DNA of 64,000 nucleotides from Eggerthellaceae bacterium (GCA_963625925.1 CAVFVF010000003.1:2476-66475), one strand, 5' to 3'; positions 37,683 through 48,029 are shown, numbered from the stretch's first letter. Numbers and translations are program-made. The notes: generated by a model from the letters alone, not told the origin.

Positions 37683-38771
37683 CTAGTAGCGAACGTAGAT
37701 CATATCGCTGCGCACAGAGCTGATCTTTACCACGTCGCCAGTTTGCGGAGCGTGGATCATCTGACCACCACCAATGTAAATGCCGGTGTGGTGGCTGTTT
37801 ACGCAAATGTCGCCAGGCTGCGGGTTAGAAACACGCGTCCAACCCATGAAGGTGCCGGTGGTACCCAAGCGCGTATTGCGGCCGGTAAGGCAGTAGCTAA
37901 CCAGGCCAGAGCAGTCGAAGCTGTTAGGGCCAACAGCGCCCCATTTGTAGGGCTTGCCCAGCTGTTCTTTAGCGCGGGCGACAACGGCGTTGCCCGTTAC
38001 CGTTTGGGCCTTGCTGTTATTTACGCTAGAGCTGCTGGAATTGTTGCGGTTGGAAGTAGTAGCTGCTGCTTCGTTGCCTGCGGTGCCATTTTCGGCTGCA
38101 GCTGCAGCTGTCTGCTGCTCGGCAGCTTCAGTTGCTGCCTGCTGCTGAGCTACCAGTTCAGCAGCTTCTGCAGAAAGGCTGTTGTAGGTGGACTGCATCT
38201 GAGCAGCGGTTGCCTCGGCGGCTTCAGCAACCTGCTTGGCCTCTTCGGCCTTGTCGGATGCTACCTGAGCCTGCTCCTGAGCTTCCTGCTTGGCAGTTTC
38301 GAGCTCGGCGCGGGCAGTCTTGGTTTCGTTTACCAGTTCAGCATCGTTGCTATTCAGGGTTTCGAGCAAGCTCCAGGTGGTGGCAAACTGCTCGAAGGAA
38401 GAAGCACCCAGGATTACATCAAGGAAGCTGGTATCGCCGGAGCGGTACATATCGCGGGCACGCTCGCCCAGACGCTGCTGGTCCTTTTCAATCTGAGCAG
38501 ACTTTTCTTCAATCTGCTTCTGAGCTTCTTCAACCTTTGCCTCGGCATCGATCTGCTCCTGGTGAGCGTTTTCGTAGTTTGCCGTAGCGGTATCAAGCTC
38601 AGACTGGTACTGGTTCAGCTTCTGCAGCGCGGCGTCAGCTTCGGCCTGCTTGTCGGATGCAGGATCGGCGAATGCGTTGGCTGCAGGAATAGAAAGACCA
38701 ACGGCCAAAATCGCAGCAAAAAGTGCGCTGAGCAGAGCCTTGGGCTTGGAAATGGTTGTGTTTTCAGTCAT
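37683..38771 (-). CDS. Secreted peptidoglycan hydrolase: coiled coil plus NlpC/P60 domain (paralog 2)
   Basis: 362 aa with the same architecture as paralog 1 (GKPYKWGAVGPNSFDCSGLV..HHTGIYIG..IHAP). AGGAGG RBS. Confidence 0.87.
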   Translation of the reverse strand: MTENTTISKPKALLSALFAAILAVGLSIPAANAFADPASDKQAEADAALQKLNQYQSELDTATANYENAHQEQIDAEAKVEEAQKQIEEKSAQIEKDQQRLGERARDMYRSGDTSFLDVILGASSFEQFATTWSLLETLNSNDAELVNETKTARAELETAKQEAQEQAQVASDKAEEAKQVAEAAEATAAQMQSTYNSLSAEAAELVAQQQAATEAAEQQTAAAAAENGTAGNEAAATTSNRNNSSSSSVNNSKAQTVTGNAVVARAKEQLGKPYKWGAVGPNSFDCSGLVSYCLTGRNTRLGTTGTFMGWTRVSNPQPGDICVNSHHTGIYIGGGQMIHAPQTGDVVKISSVRSDMIYVRY

Positions 38772-39361
38772 ACGAAAGTGCCTCCTAGCGCTTTCTTTCC
38801 TGCGCTATTTACAAAATAGGTGCCGTTTACGCAGGAAATAAACTTAAGCCATGGTAACAAAGGCCACTTATGCAAAGCAAAAATATGTGAAGTAGCAATT
38901 CATAACGCCTGGTAAAAAGCTTGTTTGCCTGGTTGCAAGCAGGGCATTTGCACACCTTCCCTACATATAGCGGCTGCCCGCCCCAAGGCTGCGCCCTTTG
39001 CGGCCTAGCCAGAACACGCTATAAGGCCAGCCAGCAGTGCGCTACCCAGCAGCGGCAGCAAGCGCCCCACCCAACAGCGCAAGCAGTGCACCGCCCAACA
39101 GCGGCGGCATGCCGCCGACACAAAATGGCAGTACATCGTTTTAGAACGAGTTCATTTTTATTGAATAAACCACGCTAAAGTGCGTTATCCTAATAACAAG
39201 AAAACGGTTGACGAGGGGTTTGTGAAACCGTTTCACGCCAAAGGCACTAAGGGCTCTGCATTCGCTGGCCCGCTCATTAGCGCCATCTCATTTGGAGCGC
39301 TTCGGTTTCCCTGCGTCACTCGCCCAACCGCATAGTTCGTCCCCGTATGAGAGGTGAAATC

Positions 39362-39925
39362 ATGGAAATCACCATCGCCGGCCGCAGGATGCCCGTTTCG
39401 GAGTCCCTGCGCTCCTACGCCGAAGAAAAAATCGGCAACTCTATGAAGGTTATGGATATCGACCCGCTTAACGCCGAGGTCGTTTTGCAGGTAGAAAAGA
39501 ACCCTGCCAACCCCACCCCGTGCAAGTGCGAGGTAACCATGCGCGCACGCGGCCATGTTATCCGTGTAGAGGAAAACGAAGAGTCCATGTACGCTGCAAT
39601 CGACGTTGCTGCTGCTAAGGTTCTTCGCCAGCTTCGCAAGTTCAAGACTCGCGTTATCGATAAGAAGATCTCTAGCGCTCCTGCTAAGCAGGCTGGCGGC
39701 GAGCTTGACCTTGACGGCCTGATGGAAGAACTTTCCCAGGACGATGAGGTAGTACGCGTAAAGGAACTGGTTCTGGAGCCCCTCACTGAAGAGGAAGCAC
39801 TCATCCAGATCGACCTTTTGGGTCACGACTTCTTCGCTTTCATCGACCGCGACACCAACGCGGTAAACATCCTGTATCGCCGCAGCAACGGCGGTTATGG
39901 TTTGCTGAAGGCAACCGAGGAATAA
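39362..39925 (+). CDS. hpf: Ribosome hibernation-promoting factor, long form
   Basis: MEITIAGRRMPVSESLRSYAEEKI N-domain plus a C-terminal dimerisation domain (LEPLTEEEALIQIDLLGHDFFAF). I prefer the ATG at 39362 after GAGAGGTGA. Confidence 0.88.
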   Translation: MEITIAGRRMPVSESLRSYAEEKIGNSMKVMDIDPLNAEVVLQVEKNPANPTPCKCEVTMRARGHVIRVEENEESMYAAIDVAAAKVLRQLRKFKTRVIDKKISSAPAKQAGGELDLDGLMEELSQDDEVVRVKELVLEPLTEEEALIQIDLLGHDFFAFIDRDTNAVNILYRRSNGGYGLLKATEE

Positions 39926-40086
39926 AAACTCGGGCCCAGCCGGGTACTCCATCTTGCCACTCTGGCAACCTGGAGCACCAAACCAAACCTTAGCATTCAG
40001 CCGTCATGTCGGCAGCTAAGCCCAACAAAACGAAGAGCCGCTCACTCGAGCGGCTCTTCTTGCGTTCTGCGGAATTACGCAACTAA

Positions 40087-40866
40087 TTAATCAATGGCGT
40101 CAGATGCGAAGCGACTCAGGAATGCCTTGGTGCGGTTATGCTGCGGGTTGTTGATAACCTCGCTTGCAGGACCTTCTTCTACAATCACGCCACCATCCAT
40201 AAAGGCCACGCGGTCGGCTACGTCGCGCGCAAAGGCCATTTCGTGCGTAACGATAACCATGGTCATATGCTCTTCGGCCAGTTCGCGGATAACGCGCAGC
40301 ACTTCCTGAGTAAGCTCAGGGTCGAGCGCCGAAGTAGGCTCATCGAAGAACAGCACATCCGGGTCAAGCGCCAAGGCACGCGCAATGGCAACGCGCTGCT
40401 GCTGGCCGCCAGAAAGGTCGCACGGAACCATGTCTTCCTTTTCGGCCAGGCCCATCTTGGCCAAAAGCTCACGGCCCTTGGCCAGCGCTTCTTCTTTCGG
40501 CCGCTTCTGTACGCTGATAAGCGCATCGGTAACGTTTTGCAGCACCGTGAAATGCGGGAACAGATTGAAATTCTGGAACACCAGGCCATAGCGCTTCTTT
40601 GCCTGGGCCAAAACATCTTTGCCGCCGTATACGGCCTTGCCGTCCTTATCGGTGGCTACGTTTAAATCACCATACGAAAGCGAACCCGAGTCCAATGTTT
40701 CAAGCAACGTCATGCAACGCAACAGCGTAGACTTGCCGCCACCCGAAGGGCCAATAATGGAAAGCACATCGCCCTGTTCAACCGTGAGCGAAATGTCTTT
40801 CAAAACTTCGTTGCTGCCAAACGCCTTGCGGGCGTGCTGCAGGTTAACAACCGGCTTTTCTGCCAT
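40087..40866 (-). CDS. Polar amino-acid ABC transporter ATP-binding protein
   Basis: [43 protein letters not shown] at 40866 after AAGAGG. Confidence 0.9.
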   Translation of the reverse strand: MAEKPVVNLQHARKAFGSNEVLKDISLTVEQGDVLSIIGPSGGGKSTLLRCMTLLETLDSGSLSYGDLNVATDKDGKAVYGGKDVLAQAKKRYGLVFQNFNLFPHFTVLQNVTDALISVQKRPKEEALAKGRELLAKMGLAEKEDMVPCDLSGGQQQRVAIARALALDPDVLFFDEPTSALDPELTQEVLRVIRELAEEHMTMVIVTHEMAFARDVADRVAFMDGGVIVEEGPASEVINNPQHNRTKAFLSRFASDAID

Positions 40867-40891
40867 GAGGTACCTCTTTTCTGCCCGCGGG

Positions 40892-41545
40892 CTAGTCGTG
40901 ATAGTAGGAAAGCTTCTTTTCGGCGCGGCCCAAAATAAACTCGATGAGCAGGCAGAAGCCCCAGTAAATGAGCGCTGCCAGCGCATACGGGATCATGGAA
41001 ACCTCAGAAGCGGAGATGGATTTGGCAACCGAGAACATTTCGGCCATACCCAAAACGAATGCCAACGAAGTGTCCTTGACCAGCGTGATTATTTCGTTGC
41101 CCATTGCCGGCAAAATTCGCTTGATAACCTGCGGCAATACGATTTTGAAGAACGTCTGGGAACGCGTATAGCCAAGCACCAGGGCAGCTTCGTACTGACC
41201 CTTGGGAATGCTCTGAATACCCGAGCGGTAAATTTCGGCAAAGTAGGCGGAATAGTTAAGGATGAAACCGATGGCACACGCAGCATACTTCCAGTCGGTG
41301 CCCATGTTCATGCCAAACAGGTAATACGGGCCAAACATAAAGGCCATAAGCTGCAGCATGAGCGGCGTGCCACGCAGCACCGAAATGTAGAGCTGAGCCA
41401 CGAGCGAAAGCGGCTTGAATTTGCTCATGCGCGCCAAGGCAACAACAATGCCCAGCGGCAGCGAGCCCACAAGCGTTACCACGAAGATCCAAGCGGAAAG
41501 GCCCAGACCTTCCATCAGCGCGCTCAACATAACGCTAAGTTCCAT
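40892..41545 (-). CDS. Polar amino-acid ABC transporter permease
   Basis: 217 aa with 5 TM segments and the EAA-type loop of His/Glu/Gln/Arg-family permeases. Confidence 0.88.
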   Translation of the reverse strand: MELSVMLSALMEGLGLSAWIFVVTLVGSLPLGIVVALARMSKFKPLSLVAQLYISVLRGTPLMLQLMAFMFGPYYLFGMNMGTDWKYAACAIGFILNYSAYFAEIYRSGIQSIPKGQYEAALVLGYTRSQTFFKIVLPQVIKRILPAMGNEIITLVKDTSLAFVLGMAEMFSVAKSISASEVSMIPYALAALIYWGFCLLIEFILGRAEKKLSYYHD

Positions 41546-41722
41546 ACGTTCCTCCTATGCCGTTCCAGCGAACCTGCGCTAGAACGCAACAAAGGGCGGA
41601 GGTGTTCCTCCGCCCAATTAAAGGCCGCATGAGCAAGGCGGGCAGCACATTGCACCCACCCCGCGTAAGCAAGGCAGATTGCGCAGCAAGCGCCTGCCCT
41701 GCCCACACGGCCCTAAAGCTTC

Positions 41723-42547
41723 TTACTTAAGCACCCAGTTATCGGCGCTCATGCCGTAGCTTGCATACTTTTCGATAAGCTTGGCAACCGTGCCGTCGTT
41801 GTACATATCCTTCAGCGTGCTGGTTACCTTAGCGGCCAGAGCGTCATCGCCCTTCTTAAAGCCAACGGCGTAGTGCTCGCTGCTCAGCGCTTCGAGCTGA
41901 GTGTAAGCGTCGGGCTTGGCGGCAATCTGGTACTGAGCAATGGAAAGGTCACAAGCAACAGCGTCTACCATGCCCGATTCAAGCTGCATGAAGGCGTTGT
42001 TGTAATCGCTGATGGTTTGCAGGCTCTTGAAGGTATCGGCCAGAGCCTTCTGGTCGCCCTCCAAAACCTCAAGCGCGGCAGAGTCGGCCTGAGTTACTAC
42101 GGTTTTGCCGGCAAGGTCGGAAAGGCTGCTAACGCCAGCACCCTTCTTAACCACGATTACCTGCTCGTTGAGCATGTAGGAATCGGAGAAGGTGTAGTTA
42201 TCTTCGCGGCCTTCGCGAGTAAAGCCGTTCCAAATGCAGTTGATGGTGCCCTGGTTAAGCAGCGCGTCCTTGGCGTCCCAGTCGATAGCCTGCAGGTCGA
42301 TTTCCCAACCGTTGCGGGAAGCTACTTCCTTGGCAAGGTCAATATCGAAGCCCGTGTATTCGTTGTTGGAATCAACGAAACCGTAGGGCGGGTAGCTGTT
42401 GTCAAAGCCCACTACCAGCTTGTTACCAGAGGGGTTTCCGTCCGTTGAGGCGGAGCTGGAATTGGAGCTAGAGCCGCAGCCGGCCAGCATGGCGGCGGTA
42501 AGACAGCATGCACAAGCAACTGCCAAGATGGACATGAGCTTCTTCAT
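41723..42547 (-). CDS. Amino-acid ABC transporter substrate-binding lipoprotein
   Basis: Lipobox LAGC after the signal peptide from the ATG at 42547. Family-3 binding-protein pattern (VVGFDNSYPPYGF, GFDIDLAKEVA). Confidence 0.88.
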   Translation of the reverse strand: MKKLMSILAVACACCLTAAMLAGCGSSSNSSSASTDGNPSGNKLVVGFDNSYPPYGFVDSNNEYTGFDIDLAKEVASRNGWEIDLQAIDWDAKDALLNQGTINCIWNGFTREGREDNYTFSDSYMLNEQVIVVKKGAGVSSLSDLAGKTVVTQADSAALEVLEGDQKALADTFKSLQTISDYNNAFMQLESGMVDAVACDLSIAQYQIAAKPDAYTQLEALSSEHYAVGFKKGDDALAAKVTSTLKDMYNDGTVAKLIEKYASYGMSADNWVLK

Positions 42548-42768
42548 GAATACCTCGATTCGTATCCGCCGCAAGCCGGGGCGCCGCAGCGGGACTTTAC
42601 TTAACTAAAGCAGGCTGCAGTATAGCACAGTAGAGTGGTGAAGCATGAAGGCGGGCGAGGCTTTCCTACTTCGAAACATAAGCCGCACGGCAGACGGCGG
42701 GCTGACGGGGTTAACTGGCCATTAAAGCGCAGTCATTGGCAGTACCCAGCGCGCACCAATGAAGTAGA

Positions 42769-43383
42769 ATGGGCGCCATGGATACTGAAGTAAAAATTCG
42801 CATGGCTACGCCGGCCGACGCCGAGCAGTTGCTGAACATCTACACGCCCTACGTGCTTGAAACGGCCGTGACCTTTGAAATCGAGCCGCCCACGCTTGAA
42901 GATTTCACGGCGCGCATCGAGCGCACGCTGCAACGCTACCCCTATCTGGTGGCCGAAAAGCAAGGCGCCATCTTGGGCTATTGCTACGCCAATTCCTTCC
43001 GTCCGCGTGCCGCATATTCGCATTCGGCCGAAAGCTCCATTTATATTCGCAAAGATTTGCGCAGCCGTGGCCTGGGCCGTCGCCTGTACGAAGCTCTGGC
43101 AAAGCTGCTGGTTTTGCAAAACGTCTTTAACATGGAAGCCTGCATTGCGCATTGCGACCCGGCCGACGAATACGTGCCCGCAGCAAGCCGCCTGTTCCAT
43201 ACACGGCTGGGCTTTAGGCTGGTAGGCACCTTCAAGGGCTGCGCTTTGAAGTTTGGCCGCTGGTACGACATGATTTGGATGGAGCGCATTTTAGCTACGC
43301 GCAGCGCGCAGGAAACCATGCCCTTCCGTGCGCTGCCCGATGTGGACAAGGCCTACATCGAAGGCATTCTTAGCAACGCTTAA
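42769..43383 (+). CDS. GNAT-family N-acetyltransferase (phosphinothricin/amino-acid acetyltransferase-like)
   Basis: 204 aa. IRMATPADAEQLLNIY.., acetyl-CoA motif RSRGLGRRLYEAL. Confidence 0.8.
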   Translation: MGAMDTEVKIRMATPADAEQLLNIYTPYVLETAVTFEIEPPTLEDFTARIERTLQRYPYLVAEKQGAILGYCYANSFRPRAAYSHSAESSIYIRKDLRSRGLGRRLYEALAKLLVLQNVFNMEACIAHCDPADEYVPAASRLFHTRLGFRLVGTFKGCALKFGRWYDMIWMERILATRSAQETMPFRALPDVDKAYIEGILSNA

Positions 43384-43465
43384 TGCGAAGTTATAGGACA
43401 GTTAGTGTGTCTAAAAAAGGGGTGTTGACGCAGGCCAGCGCCCCTTTTTGATAGCCATTTTTCCT

Positions 43466-44809
43466 TTAGCGCGCTCGTGCTACGGCAAGCGCCAAAACCA
43501 CCACGGCAAAAGCGCCCGAAAGGGCAAAGGCCGCCTGAAAGCCCACTAATGAAGCGCCCATGTTTGCGCCCGTGGTTACCAGCAGCATCATCAAAGCGGT
43601 TCCCATTGCGGCACAAGCCTGACGAACCGCCGTGCCAAACGAAGACCCGTCGCCCATGATTTCCTTCGGCAAATCGCTCATACCCCACGAAGTGAGCGGG
43701 CCAATAAGCCCCGAAACCCCCACGGCGCGGAAGCTCTGCATGACGATGATGAGCCAAAACGGCGTTGTAGCGTCTATGAAAGCCATCGAAACCGAGCCGA
43801 TGGTAAGGCTTACCGCCGCCGTTACGATTACCGGGCGCGCGCCAATGCGGTCTACCAAGTACCCCGCAATAGGATTGATGAAAAAGGCCGCCACCGTACC
43901 AGGCAACAAAGCTTCGCCCGCCTGCAGAGCACTTCCGCCCCACAGGCCTTCTATAAACAGCGGCAGAATAAGCGTAATGCCCATATAGCAGGCAAACAGG
44001 GCGTTACCCGCCCAAAAGCTAGCGCGGAAACGCCACGAATCGAAAATGGCCAAATTGGTAAGCGGGTGCGAAGTACGGCGCTGCCTTCGCAGGTACAACA
44101 CCAAAAACGCCACGCCAACCAACAACGGCGCCCAAACAATAGGGCTTTGCAGCGCGTAATTGGAGGCGTTGGTAAGGCCTGTTAGCAAGCCGCCAAAGCC
44201 CAGCGCCGAAAACAACAGTGAAGGCGCATCGAGCTTGGCGCCAGGTTCGGGCTGCTCGGTCTTCTTCACCAGAACAAACGCAGCCACAATAAGCACTGCG
44301 GTAGCCACAAACAGTGCAACAAAGAAGCTGCGCCAGCTGGTGAACCCTACCATCCAGCCACCAATGGTGGGGCCGATGTTGGGGGCAAAGCCCATGGCTA
44401 TGCCGGTGATGCCCATTACCGTGGCTTGCCTGTTGGGCGGAAAGCGCGTCATAACGATGGTGATCATCATGGGCATGGCAATGCCTGCCGAAACCGCCTG
44501 CAGCACACGGCCCGCCATCAGTACGTAGAAGCTGGGCGCAAACGCATCGATTACGCTGCCCAAAAACAGCAGCACCAGCGAACCAAGCGTTAGCTGCTTC
44601 AGCTCAAAGCGACGCATAAGGAAGGTAACTGCAGGCACAGTTATGCCCAACACCAGCATATATAGGGTGGTTACCCATTGGGCCAGCGAAGCCTCTACGC
44701 CAAAGTCGGCCGCCATGCCCGAAAACATGGCGTTCAGCGCAGTTTGGGAAAGATTTCCAAAACACGAGCCAAAGATGACGATGGTTATGAGGATGATGGT
44801 TTGTTTCAT
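43466..44809 (-). CDS. MFS transporter (14-TM DHA2-like)
   Basis: About 447 aa from the ATG at 44809. Many TM segments and MFS motifs (LMAGRVLQAVSAG). The start is uncertain because no strong RBS is visible. Confidence 0.75.
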   Translation of the reverse strand: MKQTIILITIVIFGSCFGNLSQTALNAMFSGMAADFGVEASLAQWVTTLYMLVLGITVPAVTFLMRRFELKQLTLGSLVLLFLGSVIDAFAPSFYVLMAGRVLQAVSAGIAMPMMITIVMTRFPPNRQATVMGITGIAMGFAPNIGPTIGGWMVGFTSWRSFFVALFVATAVLIVAAFVLVKKTEQPEPGAKLDAPSLLFSALGFGGLLTGLTNASNYALQSPIVWAPLLVGVAFLVLYLRRQRRTSHPLTNLAIFDSWRFRASFWAGNALFACYMGITLILPLFIEGLWGGSALQAGEALLPGTVAAFFINPIAGYLVDRIGARPVIVTAAVSLTIGSVSMAFIDATTPFWLIIVMQSFRAVGVSGLIGPLTSWGMSDLPKEIMGDGSSFGTAVRQACAAMGTALMMLLVTTGANMGASLVGFQAAFALSGAFAVVVLALAVARAR

Positions 44810-44889
44810 GAACCCGATTATGCCACGCTGGCTGCCCTGTTCATGCGATACTTCTTTAAGAAAGCCCAGCCCTACCCCGAAAGGCGCCC

Positions 44890-45369
44890 ATGACAAACGC
44901 TCCACAAAAGCACAGCACCAAAACCGTTGTTTTGAGCTGGGCGGCCGTTTTTGTTATGGCTGCTTTGATTTTTTGGATGTCGGCCAACACGGGCAATCAG
45001 GTAAACCATGGGCTGGGAATTATCTCGGCCATCAAGGGCGCACTGGCCAGTGCCGGCGCTGCGTTGTTTGGCCACGAAGTAGATGTTTCGCCCGTGGGGC
45101 ATTTTACTGAATACCTAATATTTGGCGCCCTGCTGTTTAATGCCCTTCGGCTTCATCTGGGGGCGCATCGTGCCCTTACCGTAGTGCTTGCCGGCATTAT
45201 TGCCAGCCTGTATGGCGCGACCGACGAACTGCACCAGGCCTTTGTGCCGGAAAGGAGTTGCGACCCTGCCGACTGGGCGGTAGACACCATTGCCGCCTTT
45301 GCAGGAGCAACCATCATGTTCATAGCCTTCAAACTAAAAAACTCCGCCGCAAATGAAAAGACCCGCTAA
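44890..45369 (+). CDS. VanZ-family membrane protein
   Basis: 159 aa with 4 TM segments and the motifs GHFTEYLIFGALL and DELHQAFVPERS. Confidence 0.8.
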   Translation: MTNAPQKHSTKTVVLSWAAVFVMAALIFWMSANTGNQVNHGLGIISAIKGALASAGAALFGHEVDVSPVGHFTEYLIFGALLFNALRLHLGAHRALTVVLAGIIASLYGATDELHQAFVPERSCDPADWAVDTIAAFAGATIMFIAFKLKNSAANEKTR

Positions 45370-45384
45370 ACAGCGGGTCTTTTC
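45356..45384 (+). terminator. Terminator overlapping the vanZ stop codon
   Basis: gacccgc-taaaca-gcgggtc followed by TTTT. Confidence 0.7.
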
Positions 45385-45678
45385 ATCGTTCACACTCTTG
45401 TTCAAAAGCAAGAGGTCCGTTCGAGGAGCGAGCCTTCCAGCAGATTAAAGGACAAAGCAGTGATAGCGTCCCACATGAGCCCGAAGAAGACGCTATCGAT
45501 GAAGAGGTGTAGAAGTTCTCCACCGGAAGTATCTCGCTTCCTCAAAGTTAACCGTAGTTAACTTAACAAGTAGCCAGAATTCTGTCAACAAGATTTCTGA
45601 AAAATTTGCAGACGGCCTTATTTTTATCGTTCGCCGCCCCATTTAAACCGCTCGCCCCCGTTTAACCCCAGGTGGGTA

Positions 45679-45710
45679 CAAAAATGCCCAGCAAGGTTAC
45701 TGCTGGGCAT
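45679..45710 (-). terminator. Terminator ~170 nt downstream of usp
   Basis: 9-bp stem atgcccagc/gctgggcat with a T-run on the - strand. Confidence 0.6.
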
Positions 45711-45883
45711 TAAATACGCAGGTTATTGGGGCTGTTGCTGCGCGCAACAAAGCAGCCGTCGCTGCACCCATGCCCGCCACCTAGCTGCGGCTTACATGGA
45801 CTGGCAAATTGCCGCGCCAACAAAGCTTCGGCAAACAACCTGGGGCGCTGGCAGCGAAAGGGCCTCCTCGCGCAAGCAGGGCG

Positions 45884-46360
45884 CTACTTTACTGTGAGCA
45901 CCGGCACTTCGACAGAGCGCAGAACGCCATAGCTTACGCTGCCAAGCATGCCACGAATGGCACCCAGGCCACGGCGGCCCATAACAACAAGGTCGCAGTC
46001 GCGTTCTTTGATGTAAGAAACAAGGCCATTTACCGGCGAAGGATCGGCCACGGTTTCCATAACCACGCGGTTTGCGGGCAGGCCTTCTACCACGCCGGCA
46101 AGCTCAGCTTCCATTTCTTTGGTAATGCCCAAAAGCGCGCTATCGAACTCCTGGGTGAAATCGCCCTTAGCGGCAAAACTGGAAGATGCGCCCGTAGAAG
46201 GATCGACCAAGGCAACAGAAGGGCTAACCGTCATGGGAACCACATTTACCACGTACACCGTGGCGCCTTCAGAATCCTTGGCGATGGAACAAGCCGTGGA
46301 AAGAGCGCTCTGAGCATGTTCAGAGCCGTCGTACGGAACAAGAATGCGTTGGTACTTCAT
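45884..46360 (-). CDS. Universal stress protein (UspA family)
   Basis: 158 aa. C-terminal MGRRGLGAIRGMLGSVS. GAGAGGGG RBS. Confidence 0.85.
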   Translation of the reverse strand: MKYQRILVPYDGSEHAQSALSTACSIAKDSEGATVYVVNVVPMTVSPSVALVDPSTGASSSFAAKGDFTQEFDSALLGITKEMEAELAGVVEGLPANRVVMETVADPSPVNGLVSYIKERDCDLVVMGRRGLGAIRGMLGSVSYGVLRSVEVPVLTVK

Positions 46361-46665
46361 AAGGAAACCCCTCTCGTATTCCCAAGCTGGCCTACCGCAA
46401 AGTGGCCGTTTGCTTGCTTAAGAACATTATCGCACGTGACGAGCAAAATTTTTTGAGAGCGTTTTGACTACGATTTTTTGCGGTAATAGGGCGTGCCTAT
46501 AGATATAAAGAAATTAATAGGTTCACACCCGATGAATTCAGTGGGAAAATACTCTGTGACAGCGATTCCAAAAAGCCGCAAGCTTTTTGTCGCGTGCGTC
46601 GGTACGATACCCCTCTCGTGCCGGCGCTTTTTTATGTGGGGGAAACGAGCAGTAACGCCCCATTG

Positions 46666-47850
46666 CTAACGAGCGTGCTTGCCGTGCTTGGGAGCATGGC
46701 CCGATTGAACAACACCGGCAACATGGCCGGGCTGCTGCGCAGGGCGCGCATGGGAAGGTTGCGTGCTTACCGTATACGGGCGCGCATTTGGATCGGGCTG
46801 AGACTGAGTGGCTTGCTGCAAATGCTCGGCCACACGCTGAGCTCGAGTTTTGGGCTGCGATGCGGCAGCGCCTGTTTCGAAGGCGGGCGTTGCAGGCGCA
46901 GGCTGTTGAACCGTGGCACTTGGTTCGGAAGCGGGCGTTGCAGGCGCGGCGGCAGGGGCAACTGAATTGGGTTGCTGCGTCGCAAAATCGGTTGCCGCAG
47001 GGCGAACATCCGCTACAGGCGTAGCGTGCGCAGCTTCAGAACGTTGCGTTGGATATGGAGCAGATGCAACCTGCTGGGCTGGACGCTGAGCCACAGCAGA
47101 CGCAGAAGACACTGCCGCCGGCGTTGCGGGCGGTATTGAAGCCGGCGCTGCAACTGCGCGCTGCTGCGAAGCGGCCGTTGCCACCTGGCGCTGCCGCAGC
47201 GGCGGAGCAGCAGGCGGTTGCATGCCGTAGAATTCCCACGCTTCAGCAAACAGCTCGTAGTCGTCGGGATTATGGGCTTCGCTGGCAATGTGCTCGACCA
47301 AACCGGCCTGCACCAGCTTTTTAGCTGTGCGGCTTTCGGCGTTCAAGAACCCGCCTTCAATGTTACGGGCCGAAATCTGCAGCTGGCACCCTGCATTAAC
47401 AAAGCGACGCGCAATCTGAATATCGGCTTGCACTTCATGGCTGCGCTCAGGGTGAGCAATCACAACGCGAAAGCCCTTGTGCTGCAGCTGGTGCACCACA
47501 TGCTCCCAGTCGATAGGCAGGGCGCCTTCAGGCAGCTCAAGAAGAAACTCACCAAAGGCATTGCCCAAGTTGGGCGCCGCATCCATGCCAAGGCTCTTTA
47601 GCTTGTGATACCCCACCTCAAAGCCCATGGTTAGCTGCGGGGCCCCAGGAATGGCGCTGGCCCGGTGCTTCAACTGCAAAAACGCCTGCCAGGCAGGCTC
47701 AAACTGGAATCGAGAATCATGGCAATGCGGCGTGCACACAATGGAGGTTACGCCGGCATTCATTGCGGCAGAAAGCATCATGAGCGACCCCGACATGGTG
47801 CGGGGGCCGTTGTCCAAACCGGGAAGAATATGGCTGTGAACATCGCGCAT
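46666..47850 (-). CDS. PHP-family protein-tyrosine phosphatase (CpsB/YwqE-like) with long Pro/Ala/Gln-rich C-terminal tail
   Basis: N-terminus MRDVHSHILPGLDNGP, VIAHPERS, IASEAHN. The last ~165 aa are low complexity. Confidence 0.75.
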   Translation of the reverse strand: MRDVHSHILPGLDNGPRTMSGSLMMLSAAMNAGVTSIVCTPHCHDSRFQFEPAWQAFLQLKHRASAIPGAPQLTMGFEVGYHKLKSLGMDAAPNLGNAFGEFLLELPEGALPIDWEHVVHQLQHKGFRVVIAHPERSHEVQADIQIARRFVNAGCQLQISARNIEGGFLNAESRTAKKLVQAGLVEHIASEAHNPDDYELFAEAWEFYGMQPPAAPPLRQRQVATAASQQRAVAAPASIPPATPAAVSSASAVAQRPAQQVASAPYPTQRSEAAHATPVADVRPAATDFATQQPNSVAPAAAPATPASEPSATVQQPAPATPAFETGAAASQPKTRAQRVAEHLQQATQSQPDPNARPYTVSTQPSHARPAQQPGHVAGVVQSGHAPKHGKHAR

Positions 47851-48029
47851 GCTGGGCGCGGCCTTTCTGCCTGCGCATATTGCCGGAACAAGCCCTGCAA
47901 AATGCGCGCTTACTTGCTATAGGCATTATACGCACTTGGCTGCTGACGTGCGAAAAGAAGCTGACCTGTTAGGCAGAAGCGGGGTATGGCTGATGCGCCA
48001 CCAAAAAGAAGTGGCGCCAGATGCAAGCG

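Noticed and set aside
39042-39110. 22-codon - strand ORF encoding a hydrophobic peptide (MPPLLGGALLALLGGALAAAAG) in the long gap upstream of NlpC/P60 paralog 2.
   Set aside because: There is no RBS. The sequence is a low-complexity CAGC/GCTG-rich stretch that yields Leu/Ala-rich peptides in several frames.
39220-39237. Rex/CRP-like operator TTGTGAAACCGTTTCACG upstream of hpf.
   Set aside because: The half-sites are mis-spaced by one base relative to the Rex (TTGTGAA-N4-TTCACAA) and CRP/FNR (TGTGA-N6-TCACA) consensus sequences. The site overlaps a simple hairpin (aaacggtt..aaccgttt). This is insufficient support without comparative data.
39233-39952. 239-aa - strand ORF overlapping hpf.
   Set aside because: It is antisense to a well-supported hpf gene that has a good RBS and family motifs. 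It has no RBS or motifs of its own.
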